A DNA stretch of 59,325 nucleotides, counting the filler. It is 7 parts of 7 records of this genome, joined end to end, with 100 filler letters (N's around TTAATTAATTAA, not from the genome) between each part and the next. Parts side by side here need not be neighbours in the genome. Positions count along the whole stretch, not along the records: positions 47,217 to 53,495 come from SRR31156797_50381; positions 53,596 to 59,325 come from SRR31156797_50401; 5 more parts are not named here. One strand, given 5' to 3'. The notes beneath the pieces are model-generated. The model had not been told where the DNA came from and did not search any database. It saw only the letters and a list, made by a program, of their open reading frames with translations. The position numbers and the translations under genes are program-made. Positions 50,201 to 58,075 of this stretch are shown here, piece after piece (positions within the stretch are counted from its first letter, which is position 1; each line of letters starts with the position of its first letter).

Positions 50201-53200
50201 AGTGTCGATTCAGATGTGGTACGAATTTTGGATATGACAGTGCGACTCCTGACTGGAAAAACCCAGCTGCATGGAGTACTTCTTCAAAAGTTTCTTGGGA
50301 TTCAGGTCAGAATGCTCTGAAGTTTACAGGATATGCATGGAATTATCTTAACACTTATATTCCGATAGACACATCAAAAGAGTATTATCTTGAATACGAT
50401 ATAATGGTTCTAAATGGAGACGGATCAAGAACCTACGGTGGAACAAGATCTTTCAACTCTTCTTATACCTCTCTTCCGGGACATCCCGGATCATATGATT
50501 ACTTTACAGATTCCGCTTCAACAGCTGGTGGAACTTTCACCCCTGGAGTATGGTATACAAGGAAGAATTCAGTAATTAGTGGAGCTCCTAGAACTGGAGA
50601 GTCTTCAACAACTAGTGATAGAGCAAAGTGGCATACAGGAACCAAATATGCGAAAGTTCTCATAATTCATGGGTACAGTACGGGAACAACACAGGTAACT
50701 TATATAAGGAACCTTAAGTTTTATCCTGTTGGTGCCAGTGGAAACTGTGTAGGTACTTCAAGAAGGTTCACTTGTAATGCTAAGCCTGCTACTGGTACAG
50801 CTTGGACTTCTCCTTCCTACTATGATCAGACATGGACATGGAATGGATCTGCTTACAACTGGTTGCCGACAGCTGATTCGGATACAAATTACAACACAAC
50901 TTATGCTGCTAACCAGTGTCAGTTCGAGTGTCTTTCAACATACCATTGGAATGGATCCTCTTGTGTTTCTAATTCTGCTACATGGACTTGTCCTGGAAAA
51001 CCTGCAAACTCTGTTTGGAATTCCGTGTCAAGTTATGGACAGAGTTGGAATGGCTCAGCCTTTATTCCTGCAAGTGACTCAACTACAGAATATAATGTGA
51101 TCCCAAGTACTTCGTCATGTCGCTACAAATGTGCTCCTGGATATTTTCATTCAGGTGGAGTATGTTATCCGACATCATGTGGAGACTCTATAACTACGGA
51201 TACGGGAGTTGCATTTACAGATGAAAAAGTATATTTGACAATGGATGAAGGAGTGGGATCTATAGCCTATGATTCTTCAGGAAACAGTAATAACGGAACG
51301 ATTTCCGGTGCAACTTGGACAAGTGGACAATTTGGTAGTGGCTTGAATTTTGATGGTTCAAATGATGAGATAAATATTTCATACACACTTCCAACCAACA
51401 ACTTTACAATGATGGCATGGGTTAATCCGGATACTACACACCAGATAGATTCGCAATCTAATTCTTCTACAACTGGAACCGGTGGACAGAAATATCTTTT
51501 CTATCCTGATAACCAAAGCACTAATGGTGGTGCAGGTGTATCTGTAGGTACAAATGGTGTTTCGGTTTATGAACATGGAAGTGGCTATATGCCTCCTCTT
51601 GCTGTTTATGACAACCCTGTAGTCGGATGGAATCATGTTGCTGTAACATATACGAACAAGCAACCTCGGATCTATGTAAACGGAGTGCTTAAGGCGACAG
51701 GATTTACCTCTCCAAAGGGTACTGTTTATGCTCCGGATAATGTTGGTGGTGGAGGTTACGGGCATTTTGACGGACAGGTTGATCATGTGAGAATAATTGC
51801 TAAGTCTCTTTCTCAAGCTGAAGTTGTTCAGGCAATGGGTGAGTTTTGTGACCAGGGCGCAAGTAATAGTGATAGCTGGCATGCTTCTCCAGTGTGTAAC
51901 ACTTCTTGTACTGGCTGGAGTCCTTACTGTGGAGATGATACTACAACTTCACCGGAAACATGTGACTGGGGAGATGGTGCTGTTTCTACTACTTCATGGA
52001 CACTAAATGCTTCATGTGATACGGCATGCACAAGCAATAGGTACTGTGGTGATGGTACAGATGATGCAGAGGAGGCTTGTGATAAGAGTCGGTCGTATAC
52101 TCCTGATGCCCTTTGTGATAAGCGTTACGGTTCAAGAAATTACTATGACTGGTCAACTAGTTCTTGTGGATCCACCTGTGCGATTGGAGGTACCTGTTAC
52201 TACTGTGGTGATGGTGCAGGAACATCAACCTCTAATTTAAAGATGCACCTTGGGTTTGAATATGAACTTAAAGATAACTCCTTGAGTGGAAACCATGCTT
52301 CAGGTACTGCTTATTACATAGCAGGTGCGACAGGCACTGTAAATACCGGAAGAGCTCTGAATGTTACTTCAAGTAATGTTACTGTTCCTCATTCCTCAAG
52401 TCTAAATCTGCCAAGAAATATGAGTATAGAGTTCTGGATCAACACCAGCCAGTGGGTTAGCTCTACTGTTACCCCTATACCTATTCTGGTTAAAGGAACA
52501 GCAACTACATTGAACTATGCTTTTTGGCTTGAACCTCTTAGAGGAACTCTTCCTAATGGACATATTTCATTTGTAACGTATCCAACTACTGCCGGATGTG
52601 GTGTTCATACCAGAGCAAGGATCTCCGGTGGTGGATGGAAGCATATTGTAGGAACTTACGATGGCAGTACAATGAGAATATATGTTGATGGTGTGGAAGA
52701 ACCGGGAAGCGCTGAAAGCTGTTATAAGGCTTCAACTACATATTCTTCAAATCCGCTCTATATTGGTCGCTGGTCAGGATATTCTAACTTTTCAGGGTAC
52801 CTTGATGATATAAAACTGTATAACAAAACTCTAAGTGCGACTGAAATTAGGCGTAATTTTAAGGAACGATGTGATGATGGAAACAACACCAATGGTGATG
52901 GCTGTTCATCAACATGTACCGTTGAGAGATACAATAGATGTTCAGGAACGTCTACTTCAAGTTGTTCAGTTCCAACCTGTTCTCACAGGATCGTTCTTTA
53001 CGATAGTTACGGTGATGGATGGCATGGAAACAACAGCGTACGAGTCTATGTTAACAATGTCTTGCAAGGCACATATGCTTTGACTACTGGCGGTTATGGC
53101 CCGCAAACGTATTATTTTAATGCATATCAAGGGGCCCCTATCAGGGTGGAATATACAGCAGGGTCATATCCCGGAGAATGTTATTACTACCTTTATAACG

Positions 53201-53277
53201 GTTCAGGAGGAACAATGGCAAGTAGCTACTATCCAAATACAAGTGGAACTTATAACGGTACGGGATCCTGCCCATAA
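47218..53277 (+). CDS. Giant Cys-rich surface protein with Myxococcus Cys-rich (DUF4215-like) repeats and four LamG domains, 5'-truncated
   Basis: Frame open from the contig edge (GDGIIDTGEECDDG); many CGDG..ECDDGN repeats; LamG motifs ALKFDG, WYHLA..WDG...YVNG, GAVDDVRIY; ends TAA TGA. Confidence 0.9.
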   Translation, partial: GDGIIDTGEECDDGILNSDTNPGACRTNCIASKCGDGVADPGEQCDDMNTVDYDSCTNLCLNSRCGDNIRKTIDSTTGEYSWSPNETCDDGNTNNNDYCRSDCMQVTGYCGDGTIQTGHPASEACDNASTGDGIGAYCTGPCTGSGASKTCSVGCTLNHGACGDGDIDYIASEICDDGNAINGDYCSYPNCQITGYCGDGTVQINEACDSADSTVGAGQGIGGYCTNSCQTNLGSCGDGKIQGLGYTTAMYGGTLPTGTGWSLDGPEYCDTSDPRVLSLGTAFNIGCDGCQREGSCGDGIRQLRFESCDTGTLPSPIFNLEMDETSGTVASDSSSNGYDATVYNGAVWTPGVNGNALKFDGSNDYAIINDNIVGTPSVLTVAAWVRNDGNGSTYECAVHKGNGASIGASEYWLGFETGTDNLVATIGAGTGVGWAAGRTSIPAVVGVWYHLAASWDGSNVKVYVNGNLEKEYALSSYNNLTTPTRIGASSDGANYQYNGAVDDVRIYDKAFSAVDILSLMSNESPLLHLKMDEASGTIASDSSGKGYNATVSGAVWVPGQFDNALKFDGTNDYAIVNDVVVVNPSALTIAAWVRKDGNGANYECAIHKGADTSIGGSEYFIGFQDGTDNIIATIGARTAAISWTAGLTSVKANWGVWYHVAITWDGSNAKVYVNGSVVKTYALSTYSNLTTPTRIGSSGNGTGYLFNGAVDDVRIYDRAFSDAGITSLMSNGTDSCYPGCMSDPKGALNGAGRTSINGWACDPDHSMTQNEVKLIFTDVDGDLISTQTFNTSVASESQIIDICGGGANHRWDFDPNAGTINWVGFQQPFTVRAYALTPDGVPETDVFIGARTFTMADICGDGVHEGDEECDDGNSVNTDNCRNDCDLPSCGDGVVSSTATGIYNETCELGQTTSCNAVGATGGSGAPACQTDCKGWVTAPNVCTKTWGCAARPQVHSSTETGWNSVASYNQVWDGTKWVPSDSPTVFSNFSSTTECRFRCGTNFGYDSATPDWKNPAAWSTSSKVSWDSGQNALKFTGYAWNYLNTYIPIDTSKEYYLEYDIMVLNGDGSRTYGGTRSFNSSYTSLPGHPGSYDYFTDSASTAGGTFTPGVWYTRKNSVISGAPRTGESSTTSDRAKWHTGTKYAKVLIIHGYSTGTTQVTYIRNLKFYPVGASGNCVGTSRRFTCNAKPATGTAWTSPSYYDQTWTWNGSAYNWLPTADSDTNYNTTYAANQCQFECLSTYHWNGSSCVSNSATWTCPGKPANSVWNSVSSYGQSWNGSAFIPASDSTTEYNVIPSTSSCRYKCAPGYFHSGGVCYPTSCGDSITTDTGVAFTDEKVYLTMDEGVGSIAYDSSGNSNNGTISGATWTSGQFGSGLNFDGSNDEINISYTLPTNNFTMMAWVNPDTTHQIDSQSNSSTTGTGGQKYLFYPDNQSTNGGAGVSVGTNGVSVYEHGSGYMPPLAVYDNPVVGWNHVAVTYTNKQPRIYVNGVLKATGFTSPKGTVYAPDNVGGGGYGHFDGQVDHVRIIAKSLSQAEVVQAMGEFCDQGASNSDSWHASPVCNTSCTGWSPYCGDDTTTSPETCDWGDGAVSTTSWTLNASCDTACTSNRYCGDGTDDAEEACDKSRSYTPDALCDKRYGSRNYYDWSTSSCGSTCAIGGTCYYCGDGAGTSTSNLKMHLGFEYELKDNSLSGNHASGTAYYIAGATGTVNTGRALNVTSSNVTVPHSSSLNLPRNMSIEFWINTSQWVSSTVTPIPILVKGTATTLNYAFWLEPLRGTLPNGHISFVTYPTTAGCGVHTRARISGGGWKHIVGTYDGSTMRIYVDGVEEPGSAESCYKASTTYSSNPLYIGRWSGYSNFSGYLDDIKLYNKTLSATEIRRNFKERCDDGNNTNGDGCSSTCTVERYNRCSGTSTSSCSVPTCSHRIVLYDSYGDGWHGNNSVRVYVNNVLQGTYALTTGGYGPQTYYFNAYQGAPIRVEYTAGSYPGECYYYLYNGSGGTMASSYYPNTSGTYNGTGSCP
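48160..49410 (+). repeat. Tandem intragenic duplication of a LamG domain (627-nt period)
   Basis: ATGGATGAA at 48181 and 48808, with many shared runs (e.g. AATGCCTTGAAATTTGATGG). Confidence 0.85.
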
Positions 53278-53339
53278 TGAATGTTTTAGGTATTAATGAT
53301 ATTTTGTTTTACTATTAATTTTTTTGTAGGAGTGTGGAA

Positions 53340-53495
53340 ATGAAAAAACTTTTTATTATTGCTTTGGCAATGATGATGTTCGTTCTTGTCGGATGTGACA
53401 AGACAACCCCGGAAAAAGATGATGATGTTTTAGACAACGACAAAGATGTCATTGTTGATGACACAGAAAATCCGGATGAAGCAAAAGATGACACA
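53340..53495 (+). CDS. Lipoprotein with acidic linker, N-terminal fragment
   Basis: SD AGGAG, MKKLFII...LVGC, Asp-rich tail. Confidence 0.75.
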
Positions 53496-53595
53496 NNNNN
53501 NNNNNNNNNNNNNNNNNNNNNNNNNNNNNNNNNNNNNNNTTAATTAATTAANNNNNNNNNNNNNNNNNNNNNNNNNNNNNNNNNNNNNNNNNNNN
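53496..53595. other. Artificial contig spacer
   Basis: Same 100-nt linker. Confidence 0.99.
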
Positions 53596-53820
53596 AAAAC
53601 CACTTAAAAAATGACCCTTAAAAAACCCTGATTTATCAAGGATTTTATGATTGTTGACAAAAATACAAGATTACTGTTATATCAACGTTTTAAAGCACTA
53701 TTTTTGAAAAAACACCTCTCAGATGCAATGAAATTTTTTTTGTGGGGAATTACTCACTAGATTTAATCTGAGAGGTGTTTTTTTGTATGTAAATATATTT
53801 GAAACTTAAAAAAACGTTGA
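53596..53820 (+). repeat. Left terminal inverted repeat
   Basis: Gap-free reverse-complement match to 59101-59325. First 30 bp identical; 173/225 identical by manual count. Confidence 0.95.
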
Positions 53821-53881
53821 TGTACCAAAGTTTTTTAAGATTTTAATCTTGCTAAGGAAGTAATAGAAATATGGGTGTTAT

Positions 53882-53895
53882 AAAAGTCGACTTTT
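53882..53895. promoter_or_regulatory. Palindromic operator candidate
   Basis: Perfect 14-bp palindrome AAAAGTCGACTTTT upstream of the HTH-rep promoter. Confidence 0.4.
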
Positions 53896-53945
53896 TGATT
53901 AAAATACACCTATTATTTTTTGTTGTCTGATTATGTTAGATTTAC

Positions 53946-53975
53946 TTTACTTCAGTTGGTAAATTATGATATAGT
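53946..53975 (+). promoter_or_regulatory. SigA promoter (extended -10) for the HTH-rep operon
   Basis: TTTACT-18-TATAGT with TG at -15/-14. Confidence 0.55.
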
Positions 53976-54026
53976 CCGGCAATGATAATTAAAAAAATAA
54001 TATTTATTATAGGAGGTTATAACAAC

Positions 54027-54254
54027 ATGGTTACGATTGAAGAAAAGCAGATGTTTATTAAAGAAAAGTTGAGTATTTTAAAGGAACAATATGGGGTAAA
54101 AATGAATTTCATAGCTGAAAATGTAGGATTGCATACGCAAAATTTGCATAATTTTCTAAAAGGGAAAATAGGGATAAGTGAGAACAAGACAGATTTACTT
54201 GTGGAATTGTTAGTATCAAAATACGGAAAACTGTTAGATTTGGAGGATAAATAG
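54027..54254 (+). CDS. XRE/Cro-like HTH DNA-binding protein (75 aa)
   Basis: SD AGGAGG; YGVKMNFIAENVGLHTQNLHNFLKGK HTH pattern. Confidence 0.8.
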   Translation: MVTIEEKQMFIKEKLSILKEQYGVKMNFIAENVGLHTQNLHNFLKGKIGISENKTDLLVELLVSKYGKLLDLEDK

Positions 54255-54255
54255 T

Positions 54256-56187
54256 ATGAAGATTGAATTATGTATAGAAAATTTTTTAAGGAAGAGTAAA
54301 CCTAATCCAGATGAAATTAGAATGATTCAAAATGTGTTATATAAAAAAATACAAAAGAAAGAAATTGAAGATGTTGCTAAAAGTATTGCTGTTAATGGAA
54401 AAACAAGTATGTTAGCAACGTATTTTGAAACAGAAGAATTTTCTGAACGCATTCATTCGATTAATTTTAAACAGCAACAACTGATTATGCTTGATTTTGA
54501 TAATTCTAAAGTGGATATAGAAAAATACGGTATAACCACTTATGACTATGTAAGAAATCATGAATTTATTAAACAAAATGCTTGTTTCATGTATCGAACC
54601 TTCTCTGATAAAGAAGCAATAGTTGATAAATTTAGAGTCGTTTTTGTGTTGAATGAATCAGTAAAAGATTATTTACTGATAGGGAATATCTATACTAAAT
54701 TATTTCGTTTATTCCCATCTGCTGATAGAAAATGTTCCAATCCTAACCGGTTATTTTTTGGAAGTAATCGAGGGTATGAAGAAGTTCATTTTTCCAATCT
54801 TTTAAATGTTAAAGAATTTACAAGCGATATTGTGCCGATGAAAAAACAGTCAAACAAAATAGTAAAATCAGAAATTTATAACGAACAATATGAAATTCAA
54901 GATAGAAAGCTGGTTTGGCAACTAATTAAAGAAAATACGCAAGAATCAATTGATGAGGCAAGAGCGATTATCCTAGATAAATTCGATTCAGAAATTTCTA
55001 AGGTTTATCCTTCGTATACAAATGCAAGAGTCATTTTAAGACAAACGATTGATATGAGAGAGTTTTTAGAACTACCTAAATCAGAACCGTTTCATGATAT
55101 TTTAGAAAAAGATGAAAGTCCAAGTGCAAGCGTGATTCAATGGGAAGATGGCACACAAATTTACCATCGGTTTAATAAGGATTCTTTTGCCAATTTAGAT
55201 ATTTTGCGAGTAATTTCTAAACTGTTAAATCTAACAGGGTATGAAGGAAGTTGTAAATCCATCAATTTGCTATTATATTTAACTGGAAGTAGTTTGGATA
55301 GAACTTCTGAATCAGCAGAACAAATCGATAAAATTCAATTTTTTAGAAAAGTATTGAAGAGTGAAAAATTAGCTATTGAATACCCTAAATTCAGAAAATT
55401 TCTAGGAAGTGATTTGAATATATCTATCGCATTATTAGATATGCTTTCTGAGTATATGTATGAAGATTTTAAATCAGGGGAGGTTCGACACTTACTATGT
55501 CTAACGAGTGAAAACATTGCAAAAGAAATAAATATTGTTTTGGGAACAAGCTATGATAGTAAAAGAATTCAAAGGGTAATTAACAAACTTGCGATTACAG
55601 AAAATATTGAAAAGCTAGAAGAATCACAAATACCTACTGAATTATTTGAAAAATACACAGAAAATTCTTATGAAAAAATAACTAACAATAGATACCATCA
55701 TACAAATTTTATAGAGTTTAAAAATGCTGACATAGAAAAATCGGAGAATATATCTAAAGAATTGTATGCTAACAATTATACATTGAGTGTTTTGAATTTT
55801 GAAGGAATTGCTAGAATTCTAGGAAAAGATATTGCTAGTAATGTATTTAAGCAAAGAGAAACAACTGTAGCATCTAAAAAAATTAAAGTAGATGAAAATC
55901 TATTATCAAAATCAAAAAAGGAAAATGAGTTGAAAATAGCCAAATTCATTTTAAGAAAAATAGAAGCCCAATGCTATGTTGCTGAAAGAGATATAATCTT
56001 TTATGTTTATAAATATCTATTAAAGAATAAAACAAAGAAAGATGCCGAATATTTGGTAAAACAATGTCGAGCAAATATCTGTAAAGACTATGATTTAGAG
56101 CTTATCAGAGTAACTAATAGTATTAGAGACTATTATAAAATATCTAATGAAATAACGAGTAGAAGAATCATATATGTAAAGAATTAG
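54256..56187 (+). CDS. AEP-superfamily primase-polymerase-type replication protein
   Basis: SD GGAGG; AEP motifs MLDFD, YRTFS...KFRVVF, ADRKCSNPNRLFFG; then a CHC2-like and a winged-helix-like segment. Confidence 0.75.
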   Translation: MKIELCIENFLRKSKPNPDEIRMIQNVLYKKIQKKEIEDVAKSIAVNGKTSMLATYFETEEFSERIHSINFKQQQLIMLDFDNSKVDIEKYGITTYDYVRNHEFIKQNACFMYRTFSDKEAIVDKFRVVFVLNESVKDYLLIGNIYTKLFRLFPSADRKCSNPNRLFFGSNRGYEEVHFSNLLNVKEFTSDIVPMKKQSNKIVKSEIYNEQYEIQDRKLVWQLIKENTQESIDEARAIILDKFDSEISKVYPSYTNARVILRQTIDMREFLELPKSEPFHDILEKDESPSASVIQWEDGTQIYHRFNKDSFANLDILRVISKLLNLTGYEGSCKSINLLLYLTGSSLDRTSESAEQIDKIQFFRKVLKSEKLAIEYPKFRKFLGSDLNISIALLDMLSEYMYEDFKSGEVRHLLCLTSENIAKEINIVLGTSYDSKRIQRVINKLAITENIEKLEESQIPTELFEKYTENSYEKITNNRYHHTNFIEFKNADIEKSENISKELYANNYTLSVLNFEGIARILGKDIASNVFKQRETTVASKKIKVDENLLSKSKKENELKIAKFILRKIEAQCYVAERDIIFYVYKYLLKNKTKKDAEYLVKQCRANICKDYDLELIRVTNSIRDYYKISNEITSRRIIYVKN

Positions 56188-56210
56188 TATTATTGAACAG
56201 ATTATATAAG

Positions 56211-56414
56211 TTATACACCATTAATATTGAAGTGTAACTTTCATTCAATTTCCTCAATAAAATCAAGGGTAATTAGCATCTTTTATAATCATACCTTAAA
56301 TAACTTATTATTTATATATTCTTATTTAAGGTATGATTATAAAATCTGTAAAAACACCCCATAAAAAGAGACTTTTTTGGATGAAGTTTCCAATTCAATA
56401 TTAATGGTATATAA
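56211..56414. repeat. 204-bp nested palindrome (putative replication origin)
   Basis: Outer arms 56211-56248/56377-56414 (32/38) and perfect 23-bp inner arms 56281-56303/56322-56344 share the same centre. Confidence 0.9.
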
Positions 56415-56451
56415 TATGTAGTTTTATAATCATACATACTGATTAAGTACC

Positions 56452-56552
56452 AGCAAAGCTCCGCTTTGCTTACTTTTAATAGGAATATTGAAATTTAAAA
56501 AGAGGATGTTTTCTTCTCTTGTTTTTAGGTAGTAGCAAGTCAAAGACTTGCT
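56452..56552. repeat. Pair of AGCAA..TTGCT triloop hairpins
   Basis: AGCAAAGC-TCC-GCTTTGCT (56452-56470) and AGCAAGTC-AAA-GACTTGCT (56534-56552). Confidence 0.8.
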
Positions 56553-56719
56553 TATTAAATAGGGATTCTAACTTTAGTCAAATAGCTAAAATTTGCTGCC
56601 TAGAAGGTTATATGAAATCTTCCTAGAGTGAGAAATAAAAGAATTATTCAAAATAACTTTCAGAAAATTAGAGCTGATAATAATATAAATATGATATTAG
56701 GAGAGAATAGGTATTAATG

Positions 56720-56749
56720 AAACAGGTAGGAATTAGTACCTGTTTTTTT
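56720..56749 (+). terminator. Intrinsic terminator
   Basis: AAACAGGTA-8 nt-TACCTGTTT followed by a T tract. Confidence 0.65.
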
Positions 56750-57488
56750 ATATTTTAAATAGTAATTTTCAGATAATTACTTATTGTCAATAGATTATTT
56801 ACATGAAAACTAATAAGATACATAAAGAAAGTCCCCATAAAATCTAACTTTTATTGACCAAAACGTTTTATAATAATATATATATATTCTATTGTTATAA
56901 AACGCTACACTTAATTTTGCCCCTTTTTTCCTGATAAATTTGGATGTTTTCTCTAAAAATCGTTTAAAAAATTTTATTATACTTATTCTTCAAAACGATG
57001 AGGTTAAAAAAAGTCAATAAAATCTAGGGTAATCTACCTGTTTTCACATATATCTTTACGCAAAAATAACTTTACACTTGGTAGTAGTGTGATTGAAATA
57101 GCTATAAAACGTTGATATACCAGTGTTCGTATTTTTGAGTTCCAGCAATATTTCTCTTTATATTTATTAGTATAACAAGTTAGCTATTTTTAATCATGAA
57201 TTCTAGTCTGAATATATTTTGAGGGAGCATCCTTAAACATCATCAAACCAATAATATATCATTAAAGATATATTTTATTGTGTATTAAATGTCCATGTGT
57301 ATAAATAACGAAAAAAGCGTTTTGAACAGTCTAACTTTACCCATGAGTGGCTTGAAAATGATTTTCGATGAATTATACTTAAAAATTTATAATCGCTTAG
57401 AACGCAATTTAAGCAGCATAGGATTTATTTTGAATTTTTAGCACAGAAATTACCATTGATTTTAGTAGTCAATAAGATTTGAGAAGTA

Positions 57489-57797
57489 TTAATCTGTGAT
57501 TTGACTATCAGAGTTCATTTTTTCAATTTCAACCATTTGTTGTTCATAAAATGGCGAGGTAGCTATTTTAATCTTTTTCTCTGTTGAAATCGTTAAAGAT
57601 GAAATATAGTGAGGAGTTACTGCCACTTCAGCAGATGTTTCTGATAACGTAATTAATAATGATTGATTGTCGCCAAAAGTAGCATATTCCGAAACAATAG
57701 CAACTAAGCCATCTTTATTTGTTAGTATCGACAAATACTTAGGTGCTTCGATAGTCCATCCAAATTGCATCTGGTGAGTGTTCATTTTGAGTCCCAA
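57489..57797 (-). CDS. Hypothetical protein (~100 aa)
   Basis: A 102-codon ORF in very AT-rich DNA is unlikely by chance; start is TTG 57797 or ATG 57785. Confidence 0.6.
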   Translation of the reverse strand: MGLKMNTHQMQFGWTIEAPKYLSILTNKDGLVAIVSEYATFGDNQSLLITLSETSAEVAVTPHYISSLTISTEKKIKIATSPFYEQQMVEIEKMNSDSQITD

Positions 57798-57910
57798 CTT
57801 TCTATTTTTTATCGTTACTACAATACTAACATGAAAAAATCAAATATTATCAAATTACCTGTAAATATAACCAATTAATTGCTCTCTAAATACTTTAAAG
57901 TAATAACGAC

Positions 57911-57935
57911 TTTAAATTCTAAATTAGAATTTAAA
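57911..57935. promoter_or_regulatory. Operator-like palindrome between divergent genes
   Basis: TTTAAATTCTAA-A-TTAGAATTTAAA, perfect 12-bp arms. Confidence 0.45.
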
Positions 57936-58075
57936 ACGTTAACAGCATCCTGAAATTTTTATGTATTAGTGCTTAATAAATAACGTTATATACAATTTAA
58001 AAATAATTTAGATGTTAAGTGCTATCCTTAAAAATGAAATTTGTAATGGCTAAAATTTTAAAAAGGAGTCGGAAA

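Noticed and set aside
14743-53595. Six recurring TTAATTAATTAA palindromes in N runs, and ORFs or gene neighbourhoods crossing them
   Set aside because: Identical 100-nt synthetic linkers. Composition changes abruptly across them, so cross-linker synteny and the X-containing ORF tails are artefacts.
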